Assembly (NCBI GenBank): GCA_964446775.1
Contig: CAYURA010000001.1
Location: forward strand, 1-47,731
DNA from: an uncultured Gammaproteobacteria bacterium
GTDB taxonomy: Bacteria > Patescibacteriota > Patescibacteriia > Patescibacteriales > UBA12465
Direction of reading: 5' to 3'
DNA: 47,731 bases
In this document: piece by piece, positions 1 through 9,249 of the stretch
Layout: the number at the start of each line of letters is the position of its first letter
Numbering within the stretch: position 1 is the stretch's first letter
Notes under the pieces: generated by a model
The model's input: the letters and a program-made list of their open reading frames with translations, nothing else
Databases searched by the model: none
What the model was told of the DNA's origin: nothing
Made by a program: the position numbers and the translations under genes

Positions 1-57
1 TCTAGCTGGTACATCTGATTGACACATATTATAACAAAATAATAATCTAATATTAAA

Positions 58-73
58 CTAGTTATTTAACTAG
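58..73 (-). terminator. Weak candidate rho-independent terminator downstream of the giant gene
   Basis: Minus strand reads CTAGTT-AAAT-AACTAG (6-bp stem) followed by TTTAATATT, about 50 nt after the TAA stop at 124..126. The stem is short and AT-rich. Confidence 0.3.
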
Positions 74-123
74 ACTTTTTCCTGCTATTAAATAAACTAA
101 AGTAATATTTTCTTCTCTCAGAG

Positions 124-3100
124 TTATAGTGACCAATTATGATAAAACCCCCAATTATCAGTCACTTTAATTTTAATAGTTATTGTTTGAGAACTAGTAT
201 AATAGTGATAAAGCACGTGGGGATCAGAATCATTAGGCCTATTATTTTGATTAACCAAATTCTGTTGACTACCATCACCCCAGTCAATGATTAGATCTCT
301 TAATGGTTGTTGCTCCTTATCAATTGTGGTTGTGAAACTCAATTTGTATATCCCTGGACTAACTGTCAGTGGATTACTTAAAGAACTACCATTAACTTTA
401 ACGTTAGCTATCTTTGGCAAAATGTATTTCCAATATTTACTAAAAGTATCATCATTCTCCGTCTTATGACAATCACTAGTCGTACAATTTCCACCGTTAT
501 ATATAGATTTGTAATAACTGCTTTTATCTGCTGGATCGTCACTGTCATAGCCTCGCTCTGACTTATAGCTATCATTCTCAAATAGATAACCTTCATATGA
601 AGTAAGGAAGATGTTCTTTAAAATATTGTCAGCTTTAAAACTCAAGTCTTTAGTTTTTTCATATAAATATTTTCCGTCCCATAAAGGGATACAAGTTCCA
701 TTAACACTACCACAAGAGTTTTCATTAATAAAAGAATTAACAACGCTTTCTTCTTCGTCAAGGATACAATAAACATTGGGATTTAAGCTACAGTAACCAA
801 TATTTTTACAACCTTCTCCTCTGCACCCATAAGGCCTACCAGCAAAAGCTATCTGATTAATTTGATCAGAGTAGCGATTCCTCAGTTTAATACGTGGACT
901 AGCAAAAATATTATAATTATCTGGAATAGTGGCTGCTCCAAAAGGGATTAATTCGCGATTACGGCCATAAGCAGTGAATTTAAATAAATCTCTCCTAGTG
1001 CACGGATTTGAATTTCCTAAACAAATTGGATCATCACAGGGAATTGACGTAAGTATAGAGCTAGTCTTATAACACCAACCCACATACTGATCATGACACA
1101 GGCCCCTACATATACCATCTTCTTGACAGCAGTCAAGCTGAAGATGGGTTTCACATATTTCACACTTTGCAATACATTCCTCTTTCTGGTAGTCACACTG
1201 ATTACTTGTACCATAATAAGTATTTCCACTTCTAAAGAATAGAGGCGTTTCAAAAAGATATGCGCTGCTCTTACTAACTCGGTTAGCCCAAGCTTGATTA
1301 TTACCAGCCGAATCAACTACCTGAGTAAAACGATTACAAGTTGGATAATATACCTTTTCAGGATCAGAAGAAGAAATAAGGCCTAATTCATCCTCTATAA
1401 TAGTGGGATAATCTTTATCAAAAATTCTCACTGGCGGATTAGCATTCTTGCTCTCATCTAAATTAGTACAAAGAACGAGCTGATCATCCGCACAATTAGA
1501 ATTATAGGGCTTCATGTAAAGCCCATTGTAAGGAGCCCAACCTTCATAATAGGTGATTTCACAAAGAGAGCCCTCTGCGGCTGGAATTATTTTTTTGGTA
1601 ACTATCCGCTTACCTTCATAAGTAAGCATTTTATCAAGCCGAGGGACACACCAAGCACGATTATTTTCAACTTGTATTTGATTAACAATATAATAACCTT
1701 CAGGACAATGTATATTTGGCAAACCATACCAACTACAATCGCCTGTTATGCTTATGCCTGTTGGTCCAGGAAGTGGCCCTGTTTGCCAATCAGGATAACC
1801 ATCAAACGGATGATTGCCATCACCATCATCCCAAAACTTATTAGCCGTCCTCTTTTCTACTAATTCAAAGTTGCCATTAGCTTCAGTACAATAGTTTAGT
1901 GGGAAAGCCCCTTGGTAGCCTATACTAGACCGACCTGACTTAAGACTGGCCGATATCTTATCAACTGGATACCAGAGAAGACAAACATTTTTGTTAGCTG
2001 GATCGTGTTCTAAACAATAGCCAAGCCAACCATCTTGTATCACCTTGCTGTTAACACTACTACAAGAAACAGAATCTTGACTCGGATACAGGCGACATTC
2101 TTTAGCTATATATTTCCCTCCCCCTACATCTAAAACTGGCTCAATATTAATGTCATCAAAATAGACATAACGCTCTTCAGCCCCACTCTCAGTTGAACTC
2201 GCTGAAAGAAAAATAACTATTTTATCAGCATGAATATCACCACTCCCATTAAACTTCATTATCTTTCTTTCCCAGCCCTGGTTAGAACTAAAGACTTCTC
2301 GAGCAATGGGGACTTCATCCTTATAATTATTTCCAATTTTATACCCATAAATCGAAACCTCAGCTTTAACTCCACTGTCTTTAGTGTTAACTAAGAAATT
2401 TAAATAATTTGCCGAGCTTGTGGGAATGGTAATCGGAGAATTAATTGAGTGGGGGACAATCCTGTGTCCTTGCATAACCTTTAAGTAGGCTCTGCCTTCA
2501 GCTGGATAATCTGTAGGGGCATTAGTTGGTGAATTAACAATAGAATCATATTGCAAACTAACATCAAAATTACAATCTTTCCAATCCTTAGTTTTACAAT
2601 ATAGACTAGGGCTGGCTTCTTCAAAATTAAAATGAGCCGTAGTATTTATTCCTACTTCCCCCATTCTTGATAAACTGTATTTATCAAGAACTGAATAACC
2701 AGTTAGTTTGCCTAAATTAGAATTATTTTCTGGAGTGACTATCTCATTATTTGCTTTAATAAAGTTAACACATTCTCCTTTATCATCTAAAACATTACAC
2801 TCACCTACAGAATAACAAACTTTTTCCCCTGCTTCATCATAAGCATAAGTCTTACAATCTAACCAAGAGGCGCAAGTTCGATCAGGTCGGACTTTTAACA
2901 AAACATTAGAGTCACAATTACCATCTGTACAATTTACTGGTTTCTTGCCACTCGTGCTAGTAGCTGCATTATAATAGCCAGTAAGTGGTAGGAGTCCTTC
3001 ACCGCCATTCATTATTCTTTCATTAAGGAGAATGCAACCATTTTTTTGATTAACTAGCCCATTGCACAAGCCTTTATCCTTATTAACCTGCTGCTTAAAT

Positions 3101-6100
3101 TGATAGGCAATAATTGCTTTCTTTAAGACAATTTCATGATTTATATGCGCCCCATAGACAGTCACAGAACTATTATTTCGTGAATGGAAAATATATCGTT
3201 GTGTCGGAGTAGACGATGAAATAGTTAAATTAGGATTGCTAGTTCCCAAATAATTATCATCTTGGAGCACAGAGACGCCTGATGATTCAACCCAAACATC
3301 ATATGCTAATGAAGTTTCTGTAGTGTTGACTGAGAAAATATATAATGAATTTGGTTCTATTCCAACTTCTTGGTAGCTGCCACTGCCAGACCCGATCCAA
3401 GCATTGCTATTATTTTCATAACTAGGATCTATAATTAAATTACTAGAAAAAGAACTAATTGGATCAATATATTCAGAACAGCCAGACTGAACATCTTCAC
3501 AAACAGCCACTGACTCACTAGGTACTGGCACCTGTCTACCTCCACCACCATAACCAAAGGTCTCAAAATATGATACTGGACAATCATAATCATTATTATC
3601 CATTATGCAAGGTCGATTACCAGGACAGTCATCAGCACTAGTACAAATTTTAGTGCCTAATTCATTAGTATCAATTTTACCATTATTATTTATATCGCAT
3701 CTTAAAACTGGGGCCTTATACCAATTCTTACCCGGTGTTTCTGGATCATTACTATTCCTATAGGTACAAAGATTAGTACCTGGTTTTTTGAAATAGCTAA
3801 CCCCACCACCATCAAAATCGTTCCAAGCTTCACAACCATCATCAACATAATCACAAATAATCGAATCGTATTTATTAGGGTTATTGAGCTTATAAACATC
3901 TGACCAATTTAAATTATGAGCCGAATCTACTGCTTGACCTAAAAGAGAACAGCCTAAATCAGCACTATTACACATCTTGGTTTTATCATAAACGGCATAA
4001 ATGAAACGATCTCCCTCCACTTTAATACAGCCTGGCTCATCAGCTTCACAAACCTTGTCATCATCAGCATCTTTCCAAATATTAGCTTTGAAACTATCAT
4101 AATTTGCGGTATCAATCATCTTCTCACAACCGACTGATGAGTTCTGACAAAGTTTAGTAAACTGTCTTAAATAATGAGGAACCTGATTCCTATCAAGGTA
4201 GGCTGAACAACCTAAGTTATAGTCTGAGCCTTGATAGCGATCCAAAATATCGTAATAGCAAATATTTGGCACCTGACTAGTTCCCCTAATTAGATAATAG
4301 CGATCAGTAATTTCAGTTAAGATTAAATTATCTATATAGAAATCATTATCAGCTTTAATAATTAAAGCTTCCTCAGCATTAACTGAATGATCTAACTCAG
4401 CTAAATTAAGCTCAAAGCTTCGCCACTCTTTATCGCCACGAACAACAAAAGTATTACTAACACCAGCCATAAAATATGATGTTGATGATGTTGCCAATTC
4501 ACTAGAGTTCGAGAAAGCAATAGAAACATTAGTATTTGTTGCGGCACTAGCGGTAAACTTTAAAGTATATGATTTACCTGTTTGAACACTATAAGCAACT
4601 TCTTTCTTAATATAAGATGGTGGTGTCGTCGATGCATTAGCCTGATTAATTAAACGATTTAACTGAACAATAGGCGAAGGGTTTAGGTTAGGAACAGGAC
4701 TATTAGCTCCTTTATCATACATCATTGATTGACCATTATTAGAATTGGCAACTGGAGAGTGGAGTGGTTTATCACCGTAACCATCCTCCCAGCCCTCTAG
4801 CCCATAATCAAAACTGTTAGCAAATATTAAACGGGTATTATTTCCTAAACTACCATTATATTCACGGCAGCCATTATCAAGCGCCTGACAACTTGTACTT
4901 TCGCTAGGAATTGCTTGATATAAACAAGCTTGATGATAATCACTCCATTCACCTCCATTCTTACAAACATAACACTGCAACCTAGTTGCATCCCAATGAC
5001 CGTCAACGTCATTGCAGTCATTATTACTAATAATAGTTCGATCAATATTATTTTCACTCAAACGATAACTATAACAATCTTCAGAACAAGTAACAGTATG
5101 AGCTGTTAAACGATATGCTATATCTCCTTCCTTATTATAATATTCTCGACAATCAGGGTTAAACCCTGGATCACTTGGGGTCAGGTTAAAAGAAATGTTA
5201 TTACAAGTACCTGAATCATCATTAGTAGAGAAGGGAGTTCCAGAAGCATTTGTCTTTAAAGTCACTGATTTCAACTGATAGCCACTCTCTTCTGTCCCCA
5301 CCCAGTGATAGAACTCATCGCATTCATTACCTGGCTTAATACATTGTTTAAGTTGACTATAATAGGCCCGAGTTTCCCCTCCGCCAGCCACTTCATCTAA
5401 ATTAGTGAACTCACTACAACCAACAGCTAATGCCCCACAAGACTGACTATTTTTTGGTATCATTTTTTCTGCCTGTGGAGAATAGAAATAGTTATCTCGA
5501 GAAATATAAAGATTATAGCCATCACAATTAGCATCACAATAATCGGTAGTAATAGTCTTAGCTGCCACTGAAAAACCAGTACGTACTTGTGTGTAATGGT
5601 TACAACCGGCTTCATCAATATTACATTGGCGAACATAATTATTACAAACAAGTGGTGCATTTATTTTCAAACGATAATCAGGCTTACTAGAATTAGGATC
5701 CTCATAACATGTATTCCATAAATATTTAGGAATTAACTTTTCATATATTTTAGACGTACCATAAGCTGAAAAACCAGAATCATAGGAATTCATTTCTAGT
5801 TTTAGATTTTTAACCGCAAACTCGGTTGCTCCAGCTGATTCATTATGAGCCGAAATAAGAAAAGCTAACTCTGATAAGGGTTTTTCACTCAAATCCCTAG
5901 TAACACTCAAATGTTGCCAATCACTGCTTGTCCCTACCTGCGCAGCAGCTAGATAATCATCCCCTAGAACAGCCCTTACTTGACTCCCTGTCTTTAAATA
6001 GACGTCAGCACTTAAAGTATAAGTTTCACCAGAGTCAATATTTAAATCAGCGGGAACTAAGGGGGTTATATTATTAGAATAAAGAGAGGTTGTCGAAGCT

Positions 6101-8481
6101 GTAGAACTAGCTAAAATGGCCTTCCCTGTAAAATTATTGTTTAATTCACTAGAGTCAATGATCTCAGCTGTACCAGTCGCTCCTGGAGACCAAACAGTCC
6201 AATAATTATTGATCCTACCCGATGTAGACTTATCACCTATCTCATCAGCGGCAAAATCAGCTCCCATAATTAAATTAACCTTAGATCCTTGCTGTACCCT
6301 CATAAGTTCATGACAGCCCTCAGAGTCAGCTGAACAATTTCCTAATTTATCATTAAAGTAGGGGTTAAAGAAAGGATTAGCAGACCAAGTTATTTGACCA
6401 GTGCTTGTACTATAGCTACCATGGGTAGAATAGCGCTGACAGCCAACCGAATCAGCACTACAACCGCTATAATCAAGAGTATTTTCTAAATAGGAAACCT
6501 TCTTGCCATCAGCATCATAGAAGGAGCTACAAGTATTATTAATTGGTTCACAAGTAGGAGAGTTAAAATTCCAAGTGCTTTGCTCAGATAGACAATAGCC
6601 ATAAGTTTCACAGCTGCCATCAGCATTCTCATTAATACAAGTTTTCTCATCTCCGCAATAGTCTTCTGCTCTAGTAATTGATATTTCATCACGCACAGCC
6701 TTATCTTCATAATAACTAGGAATAACATTAATATTTAAAAGCTGTGAACTAAAACCCTGAGCAGAACAATAGTTAAGTGGCGCTTTTAGCACCCAATCTG
6801 GGTCAACTAAACCTCGACACCAACCTTGATCAGCTACACTAAAGCCAGAACTATAGGAATTATGTTCATCATGAGCGCTAAAGCAAGATACCAAGTCCAT
6901 TAGGGTAGCTTTTTTATTATTAGAAGCTGCTATCTCCCAAGTTAGAGGAACTATACGATATTTTCTCAGAATTTGAATATTTCTTAAATTATAGGTACCC
7001 TCTGAAAAGTCAGTTGTAAATTGCCAATCAGCATGCAAACTACCTTGCTTCATTGCCTCAGCTACAGTTAATTTATCAATTGCTCCTTGCATAAAACGAT
7101 CATCAATTACGCATTCAGTTGGTCCTGGATTTTTTCGATCCCGACAAGCATTTAAAGATGCTAGAATATCGTAATCGCCTTTAATACTAAAATCAGGCTC
7201 AATAATCTTAGCTAAACTCTCTACAACCTTTCCTTCGCCATAGCGTATTTGAGGATCATAATCAGGATTTTTAAAGTCATTAGCATTAGAAGTACTTTTA
7301 ATAACATCCTTACCTAAATTACTCATTTGTGTATTAAAGAAACTAATTGCTAATTGGTTTAAGAAGACATTAGCTGCATCAATTAAGGCATCACCAGTAA
7401 ATTGTCCCATATTATTAATATACCCTTGCTCAGTCATCTCAAGTTTTCTTTGAGGATCTTTTGGTGTTCCGATCATGTTCCCAGCAATATCTCTTAAATC
7501 TAAATACCCATCATCAGCAATTAATTTCTTGTCAAATTCTTTTATAGCTTTCTCTTCATTCTGTTTTTGACCAACACTCATTTGATAGAAAATACCCAAA
7601 TCATTTGAATTTGGATTAAAAATATTTGAAAACTTTTGTAAAAAATGAGGGTCAGTATAATATTCATGTTGGCGTTTATATTCATCTTCCCAATTCTTCA
7701 CCATCTCTGAAGCTACGCAATTAGGTGCTTGTGGCCTTTGATTGTCTACTAAATTTAAAGCAATTCTTAACTTAAAATCTATAGATGAAGGTTCACAAAG
7801 CAATGGCGCTAAAGGAGATTCAGCTACTTGAACTGATTGAGTCACTCCATCTCCACCAGTCATAACCCCACTACATTGCATTAATTCATCATAGCAAGAT
7901 TTTTCAATATCAAGGGGGAGCCAAATATCCAAACATTCATTAAAGCAAGCTCCATATAATATGAAATCTGGTATTTTATCACATTTAGAAAAACACGCGT
8001 CTTGTTCATCGGCCTTCCTTTCAGGACAAGCATCATAAGCCTTCTTACACTGCTCGTTCTGTTTAGTCCCCTTTCCATCAGTTTTAAAATCAGCATTATT
8101 CCAATTTTTAACAGCTGATTCTAAAAAATCACCAGCGGCTTCATCACCTATTTTACCTAAATAGGTGCCCCAATCTTCAGTCACAAATAATGGTTTTTGG
8201 CCCTTACCACCAGAGCCAATCCATTTAGCGCTATCATAAGCAATTTTATTCATCGCCTTTCTAATTGCAGTTTGAAGCGCAGCTGCACCACCTTTTTCAT
8301 AGGCTTTTTTTGCAAAATCAGTAATTGGTTTTAGAATATTGGCAATCCCTTGATTAACGTCTTGTGCATAAACAACTCGTGGTATAAGTAAAGAAAAAGA
8401 AAATGAAAAAACTAAAATAAGTAGGAATAGAAAGGCTCGATATCTTAAGCGAGCTTGATTAAATTTAGAGCGCTTAGGCAT
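124..8481 (-). CDS. Giant (2785 aa) secreted cysteine-rich modular surface protein; no named family recognised for the whole protein
   Basis: Uninterrupted 8.36-kb ORF. Basic N-terminus plus hydrophobic helix ending VVYA|QD (signal peptide or anchor). About 106 Cys by hand count, clustered in linker blocks. Long Cys-free beta-sandwich-like blocks. C-terminal PKD-like domain. TAA stop. Confidence 0.85.
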   Translation of the reverse strand: MPKRSKFNQARLRYRAFLFLLILVFSFSFSLLIPRVVYAQDVNQGIANILKPITDFAKKAYEKGGAAALQTAIRKAMNKIAYDSAKWIGSGGKGQKPLFVTEDWGTYLGKIGDEAAGDFLESAVKNWNNADFKTDGKGTKQNEQCKKAYDACPERKADEQDACFSKCDKIPDFILYGACFNECLDIWLPLDIEKSCYDELMQCSGVMTGGDGVTQSVQVAESPLAPLLCEPSSIDFKLRIALNLVDNQRPQAPNCVASEMVKNWEDEYKRQHEYYTDPHFLQKFSNIFNPNSNDLGIFYQMSVGQKQNEEKAIKEFDKKLIADDGYLDLRDIAGNMIGTPKDPQRKLEMTEQGYINNMGQFTGDALIDAANVFLNQLAISFFNTQMSNLGKDVIKSTSNANDFKNPDYDPQIRYGEGKVVESLAKIIEPDFSIKGDYDILASLNACRDRKNPGPTECVIDDRFMQGAIDKLTVAEAMKQGSLHADWQFTTDFSEGTYNLRNIQILRKYRIVPLTWEIAASNNKKATLMDLVSCFSAHDEHNSYSSGFSVADQGWCRGLVDPDWVLKAPLNYCSAQGFSSQLLNINVIPSYYEDKAVRDEISITRAEDYCGDEKTCINENADGSCETYGYCLSEQSTWNFNSPTCEPINNTCSSFYDADGKKVSYLENTLDYSGCSADSVGCQRYSTHGSYSTSTGQITWSANPFFNPYFNDKLGNCSADSEGCHELMRVQQGSKVNLIMGADFAADEIGDKSTSGRINNYWTVWSPGATGTAEIIDSSELNNNFTGKAILASSTASTTSLYSNNITPLVPADLNIDSGETYTLSADVYLKTGSQVRAVLGDDYLAAAQVGTSSDWQHLSVTRDLSEKPLSELAFLISAHNESAGATEFAVKNLKLEMNSYDSGFSAYGTSKIYEKLIPKYLWNTCYEDPNSSKPDYRLKINAPLVCNNYVRQCNIDEAGCNHYTQVRTGFSVAAKTITTDYCDANCDGYNLYISRDNYFYSPQAEKMIPKNSQSCGALAVGCSEFTNLDEVAGGGETRAYYSQLKQCIKPGNECDEFYHWVGTEESGYQLKSVTLKTNASGTPFSTNDDSGTCNNISFNLTPSDPGFNPDCREYYNKEGDIAYRLTAHTVTCSEDCYSYRLSENNIDRTIISNNDCNDVDGHWDATRLQCYVCKNGGEWSDYHQACLYQAIPSESTSCQALDNGCREYNGSLGNNTRLIFANSFDYGLEGWEDGYGDKPLHSPVANSNNGQSMMYDKGANSPVPNLNPSPIVQLNRLINQANASTTPPSYIKKEVAYSVQTGKSYTLKFTASAATNTNVSIAFSNSSELATSSTSYFMAGVSNTFVVRGDKEWRSFELNLAELDHSVNAEEALIIKADNDFYIDNLILTEITDRYYLIRGTSQVPNICYYDILDRYQGSDYNLGCSAYLDRNQVPHYLRQFTKLCQNSSVGCEKMIDTANYDSFKANIWKDADDDKVCEADEPGCIKVEGDRFIYAVYDKTKMCNSADLGCSLLGQAVDSAHNLNWSDVYKLNNPNKYDSIICDYVDDGCEAWNDFDGGGVSYFKKPGTNLCTYRNSNDPETPGKNWYKAPVLRCDINNNGKIDTNELGTKICTSADDCPGNRPCIMDNNDYDCPVSYFETFGYGGGGRQVPVPSESVAVCEDVQSGCSEYIDPISSFSSNLIIDPSYENNSNAWIGSGSGSYQEVGIEPNSLYIFSVNTTETSLAYDVWVESSGVSVLQDDNYLGTSNPNLTISSSTPTQRYIFHSRNNSSVTVYGAHINHEIVLKKAIIAYQFKQQVNKDKGLCNGLVNQKNGCILLNERIMNGGEGLLPLTGYYNAATSTSGKKPVNCTDGNCDSNVLLKVRPDRTCASWLDCKTYAYDEAGEKVCYSVGECNVLDDKGECVNFIKANNEIVTPENNSNLGKLTGYSVLDKYSLSRMGEVGINTTAHFNFEEASPSLYCKTKDWKDCNFDVSLQYDSIVNSPTNAPTDYPAEGRAYLKVMQGHRIVPHSINSPITIPTSSANYLNFLVNTKDSGVKAEVSIYGYKIGNNYKDEVPIAREVFSSNQGWERKIMKFNGSGDIHADKIVIFLSASSTESGAEERYVYFDDINIEPVLDVGGGKYIAKECRLYPSQDSVSCSSVNSKVIQDGWLGYCLEHDPANKNVCLLWYPVDKISASLKSGRSSIGYQGAFPLNYCTEANGNFELVEKRTANKFWDDGDGNHPFDGYPDWQTGPLPGPTGISITGDCSWYGLPNIHCPEGYYIVNQIQVENNRAWCVPRLDKMLTYEGKRIVTKKIIPAAEGSLCEITYYEGWAPYNGLYMKPYNSNCADDQLVLCTNLDESKNANPPVRIFDKDYPTIIEDELGLISSSDPEKVYYPTCNRFTQVVDSAGNNQAWANRVSKSSAYLFETPLFFRSGNTYYGTSNQCDYQKEECIAKCEICETHLQLDCCQEDGICRGLCHDQYVGWCYKTSSILTSIPCDDPICLGNSNPCTRRDLFKFTAYGRNRELIPFGAATIPDNYNIFASPRIKLRNRYSDQINQIAFAGRPYGCRGEGCKNIGYCSLNPNVYCILDEEESVVNSFINENSCGSVNGTCIPLWDGKYLYEKTKDLSFKADNILKNIFLTSYEGYLFENDSYKSERGYDSDDPADKSSYYKSIYNGGNCTTSDCHKTENDDTFSKYWKYILPKIANVKVNGSSLSNPLTVSPGIYKLSFTTTIDKEQQPLRDLIIDWGDGSQQNLVNQNNRPNDSDPHVLYHYYTSSQTITIKIKVTDNWGFYHNWSL
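127..405 (-). other. PKD-like Ig-fold domain at the C-terminus of the giant protein (aa ~2693-2785)
   Basis: VSPGIYKLSFTTT...IIDWGDGSQQ...PHVLYHYY...ITIKIKVTDNWG fits the PKD pattern (WDFGDGS ... H.Y ... Y.V.L.V.D..G). The DWGDGS codons were checked at 268..285. Boundaries are approximate. Confidence 0.6.
2128..2649 (-). other. Cys-free block 4 of the giant protein (aa ~1945-2118), predicted beta-sandwich / CBM-like module
   Basis: No Cys between C1970 and C2129. Strand-like alternating pattern (KAEVSIYGYKIG, WERKIMKFNG, KIVIFLSASS, RYVYFDDINIEPV) resembles jelly-roll carbohydrate-binding modules. Boundaries are approximate. Confidence 0.4.
3112..3441 (-). other. Cys-free block 3 of the giant protein (aa ~1681-1790), predicted beta-sandwich module
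   Basis: No Cys between C1668 and C1806. SYENNSNAWIGSGSGSYQEV, SLYIFSVNTTE, YDVWVESSG, QRYIFHSRNNSSVTVYGA. Boundaries are approximate. Confidence 0.35.
4309..4833 (-). other. Cys-free block 2 of the giant protein (aa ~1217-1391), predicted beta-sandwich / CBM-like module
   Basis: No Cys between C1205 and C1408. FANSFDYGLEGWEDG, GKSYTLKFTASAATNTNVSIAF, KEWRSFELNL, DNDFYIDNLILTE (typical CBM-type F..G...W start and F.iDn..l end). Boundaries are approximate. Confidence 0.45.
5791..6291 (-). other. Cys-free block 1 of the giant protein (aa ~731-897), predicted beta-sandwich / CBM-like module
   Basis: No Cys between C723 and C925. NNYWTVWSPG, GETYTLSADVYLKTGSQVRAVLG, DWQHLSVT, ATEFAVKNLKLE. Boundaries are approximate. 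Confidence 0.45.
8365..8481 (-). other. Signal peptide / N-terminal membrane anchor of the giant protein (aa 1-39)
   Basis: MPKRSKFNQARLRYR (basic) + AFLFLLILVFSFSFSLLIP (hydrophobic) + RVVYA|QD (A-x-A-like cleavage context). Confidence 0.7.
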
Positions 8482-8510
8482 AGTTTTTCTTAGATAAATA
8501 AAGATGAAGA

Positions 8511-9203
8511 TTACTCTTCAGATGGATCTATTGATAATTCTTTTGGTAACTGTGATTCATTTAAACCCTCTCTATAAATCACCAACAGTTCTTCGTCACT
8601 TAAATTATTTATTAAATTGGTATCGATTCCACTAGTAATCAGTAGTGCTCTAATATTTTGAACATTAGCCTCACCACTAAGCAGAGTCATCATTACTTCC
8701 TCTAATTCATCGGGCGTATCTGAAGACAGCTCAGAAATTTCTGGAACAAGAACAATGCTATCTTGAGGTTTCTTTACTATTTCAATCTCATTGCTACAAT
8801 CTTGTCCCTCAGGACATAGTGGATCCGTCCCAGTTCTTACCTCATCATAATCACTAATGCCATCGCCATCAGTATCAACTAAATAAGGAGAAGTATGGTA
8901 AATGTTCATTTCTTCGGCATCAGTTAAGCCATCGCCATCAGTATCTAGATTGCCATCAGCATGCAAACTCGCTAATTGCTGAAACTCATCAATATGGCTA
9001 GCAAAATCTTTAGGTTTTTTATCTCCATAATCAAAGACACTAACTAAACGATAATTAATTTGCCAGAACCATAAGAATAGAATTGAAATACTAAGGAAAA
9101 CCATGAAAATAAAAGCATTCTTCTGTTTTTTAGGTAAACTTTTCAAGAAAGAAGAACGAGGCTCTTTTTGCCTAGACTCATTATCATTATTATTTAGAGG
9201 CAT
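8511..9203 (-). CDS. Single-pass membrane protein with two bacterial thrombospondin type-3-like Ca-binding repeats and an acidic tail
   Basis: Basic N-terminus then TM helix AFIFMVFLSISILFLWFW. DTDGDGLTDAEE and DTDGDGISDYDEVRTGTDP (D-x-D-x-D-G-x-x-D-x-x-E repeats, aa 83-132, nt 8808..8957). Ends 29 nt upstream of the giant gene on the same strand. Confidence 0.75.
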   Translation of the reverse strand: MPLNNNDNESRQKEPRSSFLKSLPKKQKNAFIFMVFLSISILFLWFWQINYRLVSVFDYGDKKPKDFASHIDEFQQLASLHADGNLDTDGDGLTDAEEMNIYHTSPYLVDTDGDGISDYDEVRTGTDPLCPEGQDCSNEIEIVKKPQDSIVLVPEISELSSDTPDELEEVMMTLLSGEANVQNIRALLITSGIDTNLINNLSDEELLVIYREGLNESQLPKELSIDPSEE

Positions 9204-9249
9204 AAACTAAAATATATAGACGAAAAAAATAAATTCATCATTGTCTAAA

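Noticed and set aside
287-8096. Nine short ORFs (60-99 aa) on both strands inside the giant gene (for example 287..469 +, 1017..1316 -, 6486..6728 -).
   Set aside because: All are fully nested in or antisense to an uninterrupted 8.4-kb ORF. Their compositions are low-complexity and rich in I, L, V and M, typical of off-frame AT-rich DNA. They have no motifs.
8808-8957. Reading the DTDGDG repeats as a dockerin (cellulosome-type) module.
   Set aside because: The repeats fit the D-x-D-x-D-G-x-x-D-x-x-E TSP3 pattern followed by GTDP. The paired F-hand helices with conserved hydrophobic spacing expected of dockerins are not evident. No cohesin-like partner is recognisable.
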